Of a stretch of DNA of 64,000 bases, positions 25,654-37,107 are shown one piece after another. The position numbers and the translations under genes are program-made. How positions within the stretch are numbered: the first letter of the stretch is position 1; each line of letters begins with the position of its first letter. The notes under the pieces were generated by a model. It had not been told where the DNA came from. It saw only the letters and a list, made by a program, of their open reading frames with translations, and made no database searches. The DNA is from Felis catus (taxonomy: Eukaryota), in the NCBI RefSeq assembly GCF_018350175.1, contig NC_058368.1, positions 73,968,001 through 74,032,000 of the forward strand, read 5' to 3'.

Positions 25654-25882
25654 GGGGCGCCTGTGTGGCTCAGTCGGTTGGGCGTCCGACTTCGGCTCAG
25701 GTCATGATCTCACGGTTTGTGGGTTCAAGCCCCGCGTCGGGCTCTGTGCTGACAGCTCAGAGCCTGGAGCCTGCTTCAGATTCTGGGTCTCCCTCTCCCT
25801 GCCCCCTCCCCCACTCTCACTTTGTCTCATTCTGTCTCTCAAAAATAAATAAATAAATAAATGTCAAAAAAAATTAAAAAAA
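25654..25882 (+). mobile_element. Can-SINE
   Basis: Perfect TSD AGAAACATGGTTAAATA at 25637-25653 and 25883-25899. Confidence 0.97.
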
Positions 25883-26154
25883 AGAAACATGGTTAAATAC
25901 CTCACAGAACATTGAATGCTCATAAAACTCAAGTATGTTGATGTTTCAGTGGTGGTGTAATCTTTGAATAAAGGGATTTTATCTAAATCAACTGGTCGGG
26001 GAGACATTGAAGGCTTATCCGGAAAATGTATTTGCATGTTGTTGTACCTTTACTTATCCAGTAAATATTGATCAGGTCCCTACATAGTGCCCAGCTCTGA
26101 GTTAACATCGTACATAGGAAAAGGAGTCTCTGGTGGTAAGAAACTCCTACCTCA

Positions 26155-26156
<2 letters not shown>

Positions 26157-26185
<29 letters not shown>
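26157..26185. repeat. (CA)n microsatellite
   Basis: Seen directly. Confidence 0.95.
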
Positions 26186-26188
<3 letters not shown>

Positions 26189-26840
26189 ACGATGGCCCAG
26201 AGGAGCAGGTGCTGTAACCCAGGTTACACAGTGTGCTGTGGGGATACAGAACAGAGAGCAAAAATAGTAACCGCTGAATATTTTTGGGCTATTCAAAGGA
26301 CAAGTGTTTAAAGAAGGACCCATACCTCCAACTCAAGATCGTAAAAACCATGGGAGATTTTGAAAGGCGGTCAAGACAGCAAGTCCGTGTACCTCCAGCG
26401 AGAGAATCAGGTAGGAGTCTCAGTGAGCCGTAGCCAAGAACAGAATGGAACTTAGAAACTTAGATACACTTTAAACTTTGACATTCCTCAAGGTTTTTAA
26501 GTGTTTCCCCTTGTTCTTAGAAAGTGAATTGTCACTCTGTGCCCAACGCTTAGTTAGATATTTCATAATTGCAGTCTATCTCTTAAGTACTTCTAGCACA
26601 GATACCCCACAGATAATGTCAGTGGATCCAGAGCTTTCTTCTGGTTTTAAGTTTAAATACATGATTTCAACCAACCATTTGTAGTTGAAGAGGCCAAGCT
26701 GTAACAGAGAACATTCTTCATATAATCTGGCCAGTGTTGAAGGCATATCAAGTAACTTATAAGATTTATTTACTTGGAAAAGATTTCTTTCTAATTAAGG
26801 ATAAAGGTGGAAGGCATACATTTAAAAATTATTTTATTTC

Positions 26841-26940
26841 GGGGCACCTGGGTGACTCAGCCAGTTAAGTGTCTGACTTTCGCTTAGGTTATCAATAGAT
26901 AAACGTTAAAAAAATAATAAAATAAAATAAAATAATTAAA
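26841..26940 (+). mobile_element. Internally deleted Can-SINE (head joined to tail)
   Basis: About 50 nt of SINE head joined directly to AATAGATAAACGTTAAAAAAA; B-box region and (CT)n are absent. Confidence 0.85.
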
Positions 26941-27010
26941 ATTTTTTTCTTCTTTATTAATATTTCATTTAGGAGAGGAGATCAGCCTGGGACCCGGCAT
27001 TTATAATTAT

Positions 27011-27225
27011 TAAAAAATTTGTAAACATTTATTTATTATTAAGAGACAGAGAGAGACAGAGCATGAGCAGGGGAGGGGCAGAAAGAGGAGACACAGAATC
27101 TGAAACAGGCTCCAGGCTCTGAGCTGTCAGCACAGAGCCTGCTGTGGGGTTCGAACTCACAAACCGAGAGATCATTACCTGAGCCGAAGTCGGACACTTA
27201 ACCGACTGAGTCACCCAGGCGGCCC
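27011..27225 (-). mobile_element. Can-SINE
   Basis: Perfect TSD GGCATTTATAATTAT at 26996-27010 and 27227-27241. Confidence 0.96.
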
Positions 27226-27535
27226 AGGCATTTATAATTATATTTGCACTATGATAACGTAGAAAAACTCTATGAAACTGGTGGGAAAAATGAGGCTTTT
27301 CAGGCCTTTACTAAATTACTTTGAAAAAGAAAAAAAGGAAATCTTCAGAAAAAGCTCTCTTGAGACTTAAGACCATGGCAGATGCACTGACAGGGGTTCC
27401 AGAGTCGTGCGGAACCGTGCATTCCCTCGGGACACTCCGATTTCACATTAAATGTAGATAATGATGGTGACAGGATCACCAATGCTTTACTTTTAACATC
27501 TTTTTTCCTTTTCAAATTTTTTAGTGATTGATTTG

Positions 27536-27781
27536 CTTTTGAAAAATTTTTTTAATGTTTATTTTTGAGAGAGAGAGAGAGAGACAAGGAGAGAGAGACA
27601 GAGAGAGGGCACACACGAATGGGGCAGGGGCAGAAAGCGAGGGAGACACAGAATCCAAAGCAGGCTTCAGGCTCTGAGCGGTCAGCCCAGGGCCGGACGT
27701 GGGGCTTGAACTCATGAACTGCAAGATTATGACCTGAACTGAAGTCTCATGCTGAACCGACTGAGCCAGCCAGGTGCCCCC
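27536..27781 (-). mobile_element. Can-SINE
   Basis: TSD TTAGTGATTGA at 27521-27531 and 27783-27793. Confidence 0.95.
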
Positions 27782-28095
27782 ATTAGTGATTGAATTTGTA
27801 GTAATGTATGTGACAATGTACATGACAAAAAAATATGTGAATAAACATAAAATAAAGGCAGAAAAGAAGGACTTAGGACAACACCAAGAGAGAAAGTTGG
27901 TGGTTGAGGTAATAGTGCACGCATTGTGCCACATTCCATGTTGTGGTGAATCACACACAAAAGTGCATTGCGCATTCTCAGTTAAAGTGAACGATTAGTG
28001 GATGTGACTCCTTCCTCCTTGGGCTGCGCCCTCAATGGAATGAAGAGAGACTCAGAACAACGCTGTTCTGTCTGGTGTAGAGCCAGAAAGAAAAC

Positions 28096-28332
28096 TTTCT
28101 TTTCAAGTTTATTTATTTAGTCTGAGAGAGAGAGAGTCTGTGAGCTCTAGTGGGGGAGGCACAGAGAGAAGGAGAGACAGAATCCCAAGCAGGCTCCATG
28201 CCATCAGCACAAAGCTCGATGCAGAGCTCGAACTCATGAACGTTGAGATCATGACCTGAGCTAAGATCAAGACTAAGATGCTAAGACTAGGAGCTAAGAT
28301 CAAGACTTACCCGACCGAGCCACCCAGGCGCA
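28096..28332 (-). mobile_element. Can-SINE with an internal duplication
   Basis: Reverse SINE; GAGCTAAGATCAAGACT present twice. Confidence 0.92.
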
Positions 28333-28599
28333 CTACCCCCTCTTTTTATTTAAGTTTATTTATTGTGGCCAGAATATGTTTGACACTAGATACATGTCGT
28401 CTTATTTTGCTTTTTTGCAGTAAAAGATAATAGTTCATTTTTAGCGTTGGTGAACAGAAAATGGTAAGAAAGCTTGGTTTCTGAGAAAGAAACTTAAGTT
28501 CTTTTTCCTTCCATCTTCTTCTAATGATAGGATGAGGAGGCAGGGGCTCACTGGCTGGGTACTCGAGACAGTCCAGGGGAAAGCTAGAAGAGCTCACAT

Positions 28600-29055
28600 G
28601 GCATCTTGGTTAATGTCTTGTGTCAACTTCACTGGGCTACAGGATGCCCAGATATTTGGTTAAACGTGATTCTGGGTGTGTATGTGAGGGTGTTTCTGGA
28701 TGAGGTTAACCCTCGAGTCAGTAGCCTGAGTAAAGCAGATGGCCTGATGGGCTTTGACCTCATCCAATGTGTTGGAGGCCCGAAGAGAAGAAAATGTGGG
28801 GAAAGGGGAACTTGCTCTCTGTCTGATCACTGGAGCTGAGCCACTGGTCTTCTCCTGCCCTTGGACATGGGCTCTCACGCTCCTCAGGGCTTCAGACTTG
28901 CACTGGAGACCCATCATTGGATTTCCTGGGTCTTCAGCTTGTAGACAGCAGATCAAGGGGCTTCTCAGCCTTCATAATCATGTGGACCAATTCCCTACAA
29001 TATATATTGGTCTCCTCTTGGTTCTGTTTTTTCTAGAAAAGTTTGACCAATGTGC
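28600..29055 (+). mobile_element. MLT2B-like (ERVL) solo LTR
   Basis: TGGTTAATGTCTTGTGTCAACTT...GCCCAGATATTTGGTTAAAC...GGGTGTTTCTGGATGAG...CTCAGCCTTCATAATCATGTG...GGTTCTGTTT. Confidence 0.9.
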
Positions 29056-29555
29056 ATGGCAAATACCGAGGGGAGGGATGTGAGGGACTAGAGATGTTTG
29101 CAGCCGTGGTGTGGCACTACTGGTGACACTCTTTTGCCTTTCCTGTCCCGAGGCATATTGTCTGGCTCTCTGCGCTTCCTTGGAATGTCTACTCTCATAC
29201 GAGTCTGAACAACAGAGCTAAACTTCCTCTAAATGCAAGACATTCCTACTCCCTGGAGCAGAGTGTGGGTGGCGGTCCTTGCAACAGGCAAACTGCTTCA
29301 CTTTTATTCTTTGACCTTCAAATATAACCCCAAATATAACTAAATTAACTTAAATATATGAATAAATTCAGCAATGAAAGCAGGCCCTTTTATTTAGTAA
29401 TAATTTAGTTTTTCATTTTAGATTTCAATGGCCTGTCACAAAGGCCTGATGGAGTCATCAGTCAACGATTATTATGGTGTCTCCCTTTATGTCTGGATCA
29501 GATTTAATAAATGACTCTTCCTGTCATTTCCTTATTTTATGTTTAGAGCCTCCAC

Positions 29556-29609
29556 CCTCCTCCTCCTCCTTCTTCTTCTTCTTCTTCTTCTTCTTCTTCT
29601 TCTTCTTCT
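29556..29609. repeat. (CCT)n(CTT)n trinucleotide repeat
   Basis: Seen directly. Confidence 0.95.
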
Positions 29610-30148
29610 GGATACTCAATGACTCCCTTTAATCCAGAATCTTAAGATCCATTTAGAGATTTATGTGATAGAGTGATTATGGTTCATTTGTTTTGCTGCT
29701 ATAGATACATACCTATTGTATGGGAGACACAAAAGGTTAGAAGGTTTGAATTTGACTTTCTCCCTTATCTGTGTGGAAAGCTTGCTTTTAGCCTATGTTC
29801 TGGCCAATATTTTACCTTTGCAATTCTGATCAAAGTGCCACATAATTTTTATTTCAATTCAACCTTTGTGACTAAGGCAAGATTTAGGATGAAGTAGATA
29901 TGTCCTCAACAGAAAGAACACACATGAATTTTCCTTCTGACTATGGAGATGAAGTTTCTTGGCCAAAAATGGAAGAACTCTGGCTACCAATTTACTGCCT
30001 TTGGAGACTTTTACATTTTTTACTATTAATAAGTTGAGCTATGAGGTAATAAATATATGTTTAATTTTAAACATGTGTGGAATGCTGGAATACAGACAGT
30101 GAGAAATATTTTGAAAATAAAAATTAAATTGATTCTTTTTTTTCTACA

Positions 30149-30352
30149 GAAGCAAAGACAGACCGATTGTACAGTCAGCTTTGCTTCAGAAATTATTTCC
30201 TGTACAACTTCCGGGAACAATCAATGGCCTCTCATGAAACGGAAGGCGGTTTTAAATGTCCTCCATTCAGTTTGTCATTTAGTACAACCAGGCAAATCCA
30301 GAATGAGGAAGATTAATTTCTTTTCATTATTTTAAAATTTCTAAACGGAAAG
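30149..30352. promoter_or_regulatory. Candidate enhancer: clustered ETS sites, a STAT (GAS) palindrome and a SOX site
   Basis: ATTTCCTGT 30195-30203, ACTTCCGG 30207-30214, TTCCGGGAA 30209-30217, AACAAT 30216-30221, AACGGAAG 30238-30245, ACGGAAGT 30345-30352 in unique sequence; motif-based only. Confidence 0.4.
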
Positions 30353-30699
30353 TTACACTTTGTTTCAAGGTTGAACGCTGTGAGATGTTGTTCTGGAGAG
30401 ACTGATTTCGAATCGGGTTGAACAGGGACGGGCCAGCTTGTTCCACCAAGTCCAGCTGAACTCAGGTCTCCACTTAATCTGTTTTTTGTGAATCAGGCAA
30501 TTTGTCAAGTGAAGGGGATAAAAGGTGGATCAGAAATATCTATGCCCGAGAGCTGAAGAGTTGCATCAAGGAATGAGAAGGAGCCACAGCAATGTCTCCT
30601 GCGCACGGAAGCAGGTGTTACGAGGCGCTAAGGTGCCGGGAGGGGCAGGACCTTGGGTGGGTGGTGGTGGGGCCCTTCTGGAGGAGCCTCCCGAGATGG

Positions 30700-31140
30700 G
30701 TGGAGGGCCCTCTGGAGGAAGAACCCTGAACTGCAGAGAAAAAGAGCCCATGGCCAAGGCGTAGAGCCAGGAACCATAGCTTGGAGGGGTGGATGGACAT
30801 TGCTCTTTGAGTTTCTACCTGGCGACGGGAAGTAGTAGATGAGGCTATGCCAGTGGCTGGGCTGAAGCTGGGGAGGTCCTTGTGTGCCCTCTGGTTGCAA
30901 CTGATGGAGTCCAGGGAGGGGAATGACATGATTAGATTTGTGTTTTAGAAAAACAAAGATCACTGGTGGCTTTATGAAAACTGAATTTCAAAGGGAAAAA
31001 CTGGCGATAGGGTCCAAGCGATGAAGTCTTGGATTTCAGTAGCATAGCGAGTGAAGCGGTAATATATTTTATTTAATAAATTAGGTGGTAAAATCAGCAG
31101 GTCCTGGTTGACAGGATGTGGGGTGGGAGAGAGGAGTAAT
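30700..31140 (-). mobile_element. L2 fragment
   Basis: GGGGAATGACATGATTAGATTTGTGTTTTAGAAA...GATCACTGGTGGCT and GGATGTGGGG match a reverse L2. Confidence 0.7.
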
Positions 31141-31291
31141 AAAAATACTAACAATGACAGCTAATATTCACTATGGCTTTCTTTAAGCTTCAGCGTGAGT
31201 GGGAAGGATGAGGGAATGCATTTGTCCCTTAATTCAGTCATTTACTTACCTACCTGTTCATTTGTTTTTCCTTTAGAACTTATGATCTAAC

Positions 31292-31462
31292 GGGGTGCCT
31301 TGGTGGTTTAGTCAGTTAGGCGTCCGACTTCAGCTCAGGTCATGATCTCATGATCTCATGGTTGGTGAGTTTGAGCCCCGCATCGGGCTCTGTGCTGACA
31401 GCTCAGAACCTGGAGCCTGCTACGGATCTGTGTCTCCCTCTTTGTGCCCCTCCCCTGCTCAT

Positions 31463-31500
<38 letters not shown>

Positions 31501-31545
31501 TCAAAAATAAATAAACATTAAAAAATTAAAAAATTAAATTAAAAA
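31292..31545 (+). mobile_element. Can-SINE
   Basis: Perfect TSD AGAACTTATGATCTAA at 31275-31290 and 31546-31561; small CATGATCT duplication. Confidence 0.96.
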
Positions 31546-32729
31546 AGAACTTATGATCTAAAGAGGCAGATAGACAAGTGAATCAATAATTACAATATAT
31601 TTAAAATGATAATGCATTTATATGAGGGCACTGTAAGATCTCACAGAAGTGACCCTTACGCAACAGATGTTTTCAAATATTGCCCGTACCGTCTCATTTA
31701 ATAAGTAAACCTTAACATCAGTAAGGCAACTGGCATTTTCTTAAGCAAATTGCATAGACAACTGTCATAATTTAGACAGAAAAGAATAAAACGTTAATCA
31801 TGGTTGAAGTAAATGTACATCTAGAGGTGACCTGTATGCGAAAGTTTCAAACTTACTCACTTTTTCTCAACTCGCACAAACGCCTGCTCGCACACATGCC
31901 TGGGAGATTTATCTCTGTCACCAACGTCCCATCAGACATTTGAGGAGTTTCATCAATGTCAGCCAGGAACCATTTGTAACACTGAATGAGTACAACTTTG
32001 AAGCTATACCTCATGTAATTCAGTTTTTGGCGAACTGGAAATGTGCACAGGATAGATGGCAGGGCTCTATTATGGGATGAACAGGGTGGCTGCAAACAGG
32101 GCAGGAAAGCAATTCCCTACGGACATCTGGAAGCCAATTGCCTGCAATGCAGCACAGCCCGTGGCTTCTGTGAAAAACAAAAAAAAAAAAAAATGATGCA
32201 AACAGATCAGCCTTCAGTATAGCAGTCAGAGATGGGGCCACTGGGAGGTGGCCATGGGTTGAAGAAATAAAGAGCAAACCATGGTCCCGGCTAGGCTGAT
32301 TGTGTGTAGACGCTGGGAAGAAACAGATCTCTTCTTGACCACAGCCGTGTCAACATCACGATTTGGTTACATCTGCTTAAATCACTGCTTTGAATGTTGC
32401 TCACAGTTTCTGACATGTTTTCTGATTGTGGGATGTCAAGAATTTTCTTCAGCTTGCCATGAAAGCATGATTCAAACCACAGTAGTTTCTTACAGGCATT
32501 CCGGGTCCTGAGCTAATTTTCAGAAGTGCAATTTTCCAGTAGATACCTGGTAAAAACAGGACCTGGGCAGAAACGGAGAAGGCAAGGAAGCATTTTGTTT
32601 TCCCTCTGCCGTCTTTGGGATTTCTCTGATTGGTCTGAATGGGTCAGGAAACTAAAGAAATAAATGAGACCAAGAGGGTGGCCCCAGCTATATGTTTGCA
32701 GTGGCTCCACGACAGCATGAAATGAGTTT

Positions 32730-32970
32730 TGATAATTCCCTCGAGATGCCCGCCAGGAGGAGCCGGGGACCTGTGTCCTGGCGAGCTTTGTCCGTACCCA
32801 GCTGTGCACTCCTGGCAATTCATTACAGCCTGTGGGCTTTGGTTCTTCCATCTATACAGTGGGGACAGCAAAAGTGCCATGTTATTAGCTGGCGGTGTGG
32901 TTTAGATGACTTCACCCGTGTGCCTCGCACATCATAACCACTAGGAACGTGTTTGCTATTATTACTATGA
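32730..32970 (+). mobile_element. MIR fragment
   Basis: CCAGGAGGAGCCGGGGACCTGTGTCCTGG...AGCTGTG...TTCCATCTATACAGTGGGGA follows the MIR layout. Confidence 0.5.
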
Positions 32971-34532
32971 AATGAGGACAGATAAGAATTTTCCACGTTC
33001 CATCCAGCTTCCAAGTTGAGCAGGGTTTTCGTTTGTGCTATTTCCTGACAGCAGAAAACTCTACAACGTTCCAGAATGACTGCACACGTTTGGATAAGCG
33101 AGCCACAGGAGATTAAAATCTGATAAACTAATAAATAAAGTAGACACTAATACGTCCGATATGAAGACTGTGCATTTCCTGAGGCTGAAAAGGAGTTTTA
33201 TTTGTTTCCTTTGTTTGACACAAACCTTCCCCATGTGTAAATGGTTGAAGAAAACGCATCGCACTTACGATATGCATTTCAGTGTGAGAGGAAAGCATTT
33301 CAGTTTGAGAAAATACGTCATAAAGTGATCGGTTTTAAGGCAAAGCTTGTAGGTTCCTCAATGACTAAAAATTTCTTGGGAGAGATGCAAATGTGGCATT
33401 TTATACTGAGTTTTATCACTTGGTATAAAAACGGTGAGTACTGGTGATACGATCACAGAACATTTTAATAAAAGAAAAGAGAAACAAAGAAAGGACTAAG
33501 CTAGTCATTAATATGTGTCTGTGTCCGCTCATCTTTTTTTTCTCCTAAAACCAAATAATCCATTTGAAAGCCTGCGGCTACCTGGCCAAAGGGATTTATT
33601 ATCCTATGATTATTATGAGAATTTGGACAGCTCCATAAATCCAGATACTGAAATGTGTCGTAACACGAAAGTGATTTCAGGAACAAGGGATTTATTTATT
33701 TTTTTCTATACGCAGTGTCTGGCTTTTATTTCTAGGACAGGCATTTAAAATGGTCATTTAGGAATGTATACCTTCATCAGCAATGTCCATAAGAAAAATG
33801 AAAAAGAATTCTGTTATCACCCCTCTGATGAACAGAGCAACTGTTTTCAATAAGTGGAATTATTAGAATAGTTTTTCTTATCTTTTTACTTTATTTCTTT
33901 GTCTTCTCTCTTACGATTTTTCATGGAGGGAACCATAACCTTGGATAAGCAAACAAAACACTGAATTTAGGACTTGTTTCTCTTTTCAATGAAAAAAAAA
34001 GTCTTTGGATCTGATGATGAACCTCTGTCAATGGTGAACATCTTCTTTATCCAGATTGGATTCCACGTTGTCTTGACAAACTATAGTTTCAGCTATTATA
34101 ATAGTCAGGTCCTGACTTTTCAGCATCGAGGTAAGAGGACAACTAGGTAGAAAGTAAAGGTTTGTGTGTGTTTTTAAAACGAGATTTCAGAAGCCAAAGG
34201 GAATGTTTTTGTTTGTTACAATGAAATGTTTCAGTTTTAGACTTCAGATTCTAAATAAAGCTATGATTCTTTCCCATTATCTCTGACATCTGCCCTGGCT
34301 TGAGGCAGTCACTAACCATAATATTCTCTCCTCCATCCATGTCTAAACAAGAATGAATCCCTACCATCCCCACCTGTCAGACACCTCAGAATCTGATACG
34401 TCTTATTTGTAGCAATTATCACAGCTGTAAATTCACTTTTGTTACTATGGTATTAATACTCATCGTGCTCATTAAACTGTAAAATCTGGGAGTATAGAGC
34501 TGTGACCCATTTTGTCAGCCATTATGACCCAG

Positions 34533-34566
34533 CACACACACACACACACACACGCACACACACACA
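34533..34566. repeat. (CA)n microsatellite, interrupted
   Basis: Seen directly. Confidence 0.95.
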
Positions 34567-35942
34567 AATATTTCTTGAAATAGTGCCTGATTGACTGACT
34601 GAATGAAATGCATCTGTCATAAAAGTTGATGTAGGTTTTCCTAAAACACCAAAAAAAAATAAATAAATAAAAAATAAACAACTGTTTGAAATCACATACG
34701 GCACTGCTTCTTCCAAAAACTTCTCTAAGTTGGTTAACAGAGTGACCTCAAGGAATACATTCCACTTCCTAAAAGTAGGATGTGTATTAAAAGCATATGT
34801 ATTAAAAACATGTCTCTAACTATTAAATGCGATAGTTATGTGTTTGTAAGAAGAAAGGACTAAAATTCAGCAAGTGATTTTTTTCCCCATGGACACGTAC
34901 AATTCCTTAAAGCATGACTGTCCTATACTGAGCATAGCTTCTCAGCCTGACATCATGCCACCTTAAAAGCCATCACCTTCCTGAATGGCTCCTAAGTCAC
35001 CGTCTCACCCTTCCTCTCCATTTCTCAGTTTCCTGTAATAACAGCCTCATGGAAATTAGTGCTTTTATGCTTCCAGGTGTGCAAAGATATTGAACACGCC
35101 ACGATGGCGAGGAGGCATGAGGGTAAGGAAGCTGTTAGAAGTTCAAGATGTTAAGCAAAGGATTACGATCGCAATCATATTGCTTTTCTGTACTGTGTCT
35201 CATGGCACTGAGCTGCCTTCTTCCCGTTGCCTCCATTTGAATACTTCTGGAAATTCTTCAGGAGGGCTGTATAGTTGGAGACTGAAGTTGGATTCCTTAA
35301 AAAATAATTTAGGCTATGACAAAGTCACTGGACCCAGATTTGTTTTTACTGTATTTGGCAACAAAAAACAGTATAATTTTGTCATCTGAAACTCTGTTTG
35401 TTTGTCTAGGATCTGCCTTTGCTACTCCCATAATTGTATCGAAAAGTATGTTACGTGTGAATGTTTAAAGTGTGTGCATTTTATTCTTTCAAAGTTTTTA
35501 GTTTAAAAAATCTCAACCAAGAATAGGGTTTGTAAGAGACCAGTTTAAGAACCACTGGCAGAGATATAGGAGACAAAGTAAGCCCACTGATTGTAGCGAG
35601 ATCTCAAAACCTCAGGAAATGAGAATGGCAATTCTCAGTCCCTTCAGATCTTCCTATAGATAATCCTACCAGCAAAAGTGGCTTACAGATAGCCCTGCAG
35701 GAAGGAGAGACAAACCCACCTTCAGTGACAGCCTGAACTTCCCTTCAGGAATCATGGATTTAGGCAGTTTCCCCATAACGAATGCCCCAGGTGGCTAAGA
35801 AAGGGGTTCAATCCCTCATCCCCCCCATATCCTTTCTTCACTAGCCCTAGTTATTTTATGATTTCATTGCACTGAAATGCAATTCTCTCACTATGCTCCA
35901 TGACAACCCATGGATAGTCCAATGTGCATTAAGAGAGGCAGA

Positions 35943-36055
35943 GGGGCACCTGGCTGACTCAGTCAGTGGACCATGGGACTCTTGATCTCTGGGTCATGAG
36001 TTCAAGCCCCACGTTGGGAGTAGAGGTTACTTAATTTTAAAAAATATTAAAAAAA
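35943..36055 (+). mobile_element. Short tRNA-like carnivore SINE without (CT)n
   Basis: GGGGCACCTGGCTGACTCAGTC...GACTCTTGATCTC...GAGTTCAAGCCCCAC...TACTTAA plus A-tail; TSD-like AAGA..GCAGA. Confidence 0.88.
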
Positions 36056-36420
36056 GAAAAGCAGAGGGTATGAGTGAACCCATTTGTTCATTCAACATTT
36101 AGCATGCATCCGCAGTGTTCAATTCTCTACCAGATCTCATGACACAAAGAAGTATAAAGTTGTATTCCTGTCCTGGGATATCTTACATACATCTACACCA
36201 ACTTTTGTGTGAATGATACCAGAAGTTCAACTCCCCATAATTTATGGTTTGTGTTAAATCTCTATTTCCGACTTCAGCTTATATACATATCTTTAAATTT
36301 CTAAACAGAAGAGCACTGTTCCATACAACAACCACAATGAAAATAAAAACGGCAATAAAAATAACGTATAGCAAGCACTTGATAAGGAATATTTATTTAG
36401 CAAGTGTGTAAATGTGTCTT

Positions 36421-36946
36421 TAATTTTTTTATTTGCCTAGAGTTGACACACAATGTTACATTAGTTTCAGGCGTACAAGATGGTGATGGAACTTCTCTGT
36501 AGGTTAGGAGGCTGTGCTCGCCACAAGTGTCTCTATCATCTTTTACCACACAACGTTATTACAATCTCACTGACTATATTGTACACTACATTGACACACT
36601 TATGCGTGCCTTTTATTCCTGTGACTTATTCATTCCATAACCGGAAGCTGTTATCTCCCACTCCCTTTCACACATTTTTCTATCCACCCCCCTCCTTTCC
36701 CTCTGGTGATCATCAGTTTGTGCTCTGTATTTATAGGTCTCACTCTGCTTTCTTTTTTCTAAATTTGTTTTTTAGATGCTACATATAAGTGAAATCACCT
36801 GGCATTTGTCTTTCTCAGTTTGACTTATTTCGCTTAATAGGATCCATCCATGTTGTTGCAAATGGCAAGATCTTATTCCTTTGTAAGGCTGGGTGATGTT
36901 CCATGATATATTTTGTATAATGATATATAACATCCCATGATATATG

Positions 36947-36981
<35 letters not shown>

Positions 36982-37099
36982 GTGATATATTATATATGTT
37001 ATATATCATATATATAATATGTTATATATCACATATTATATATATCACATATTTTATATATATTATATATATATATCACATCTTTCTCATCCATTCGTC
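36421..37099 (-). mobile_element. 5'-truncated L1 (carnivore-type 3' end) with an internal AT-rich expansion, inserted into a MIR
   Basis: TTACATTAGTTTCAGG, CCCTCTGGT..CATCAGTTTG, ACATATAAGTGAAATCA, ATCCATGTTGTTGCAAATGGCAAGAT; TGTGTCTT duplicated at 36413-36420 and 37100-37107. Confidence 0.9.
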
Positions 37100-37107
37100 T
37101 GTGTCTT

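Noticed and set aside
24333..28332. Recurrent similar repeats separated by unique spacers (CRISPR-like at a glance)
   Set aside because: The units are ~200-bp SINEs in mixed orientation with individual TSDs and irregular spacing, in eukaryotic DNA
35943..36030. tRNA-like sequence with A and B boxes
   Set aside because: tRNA-derived SINE with an A-rich tail and TSD-like flanks; no credible acceptor stem, so not a functional tRNA
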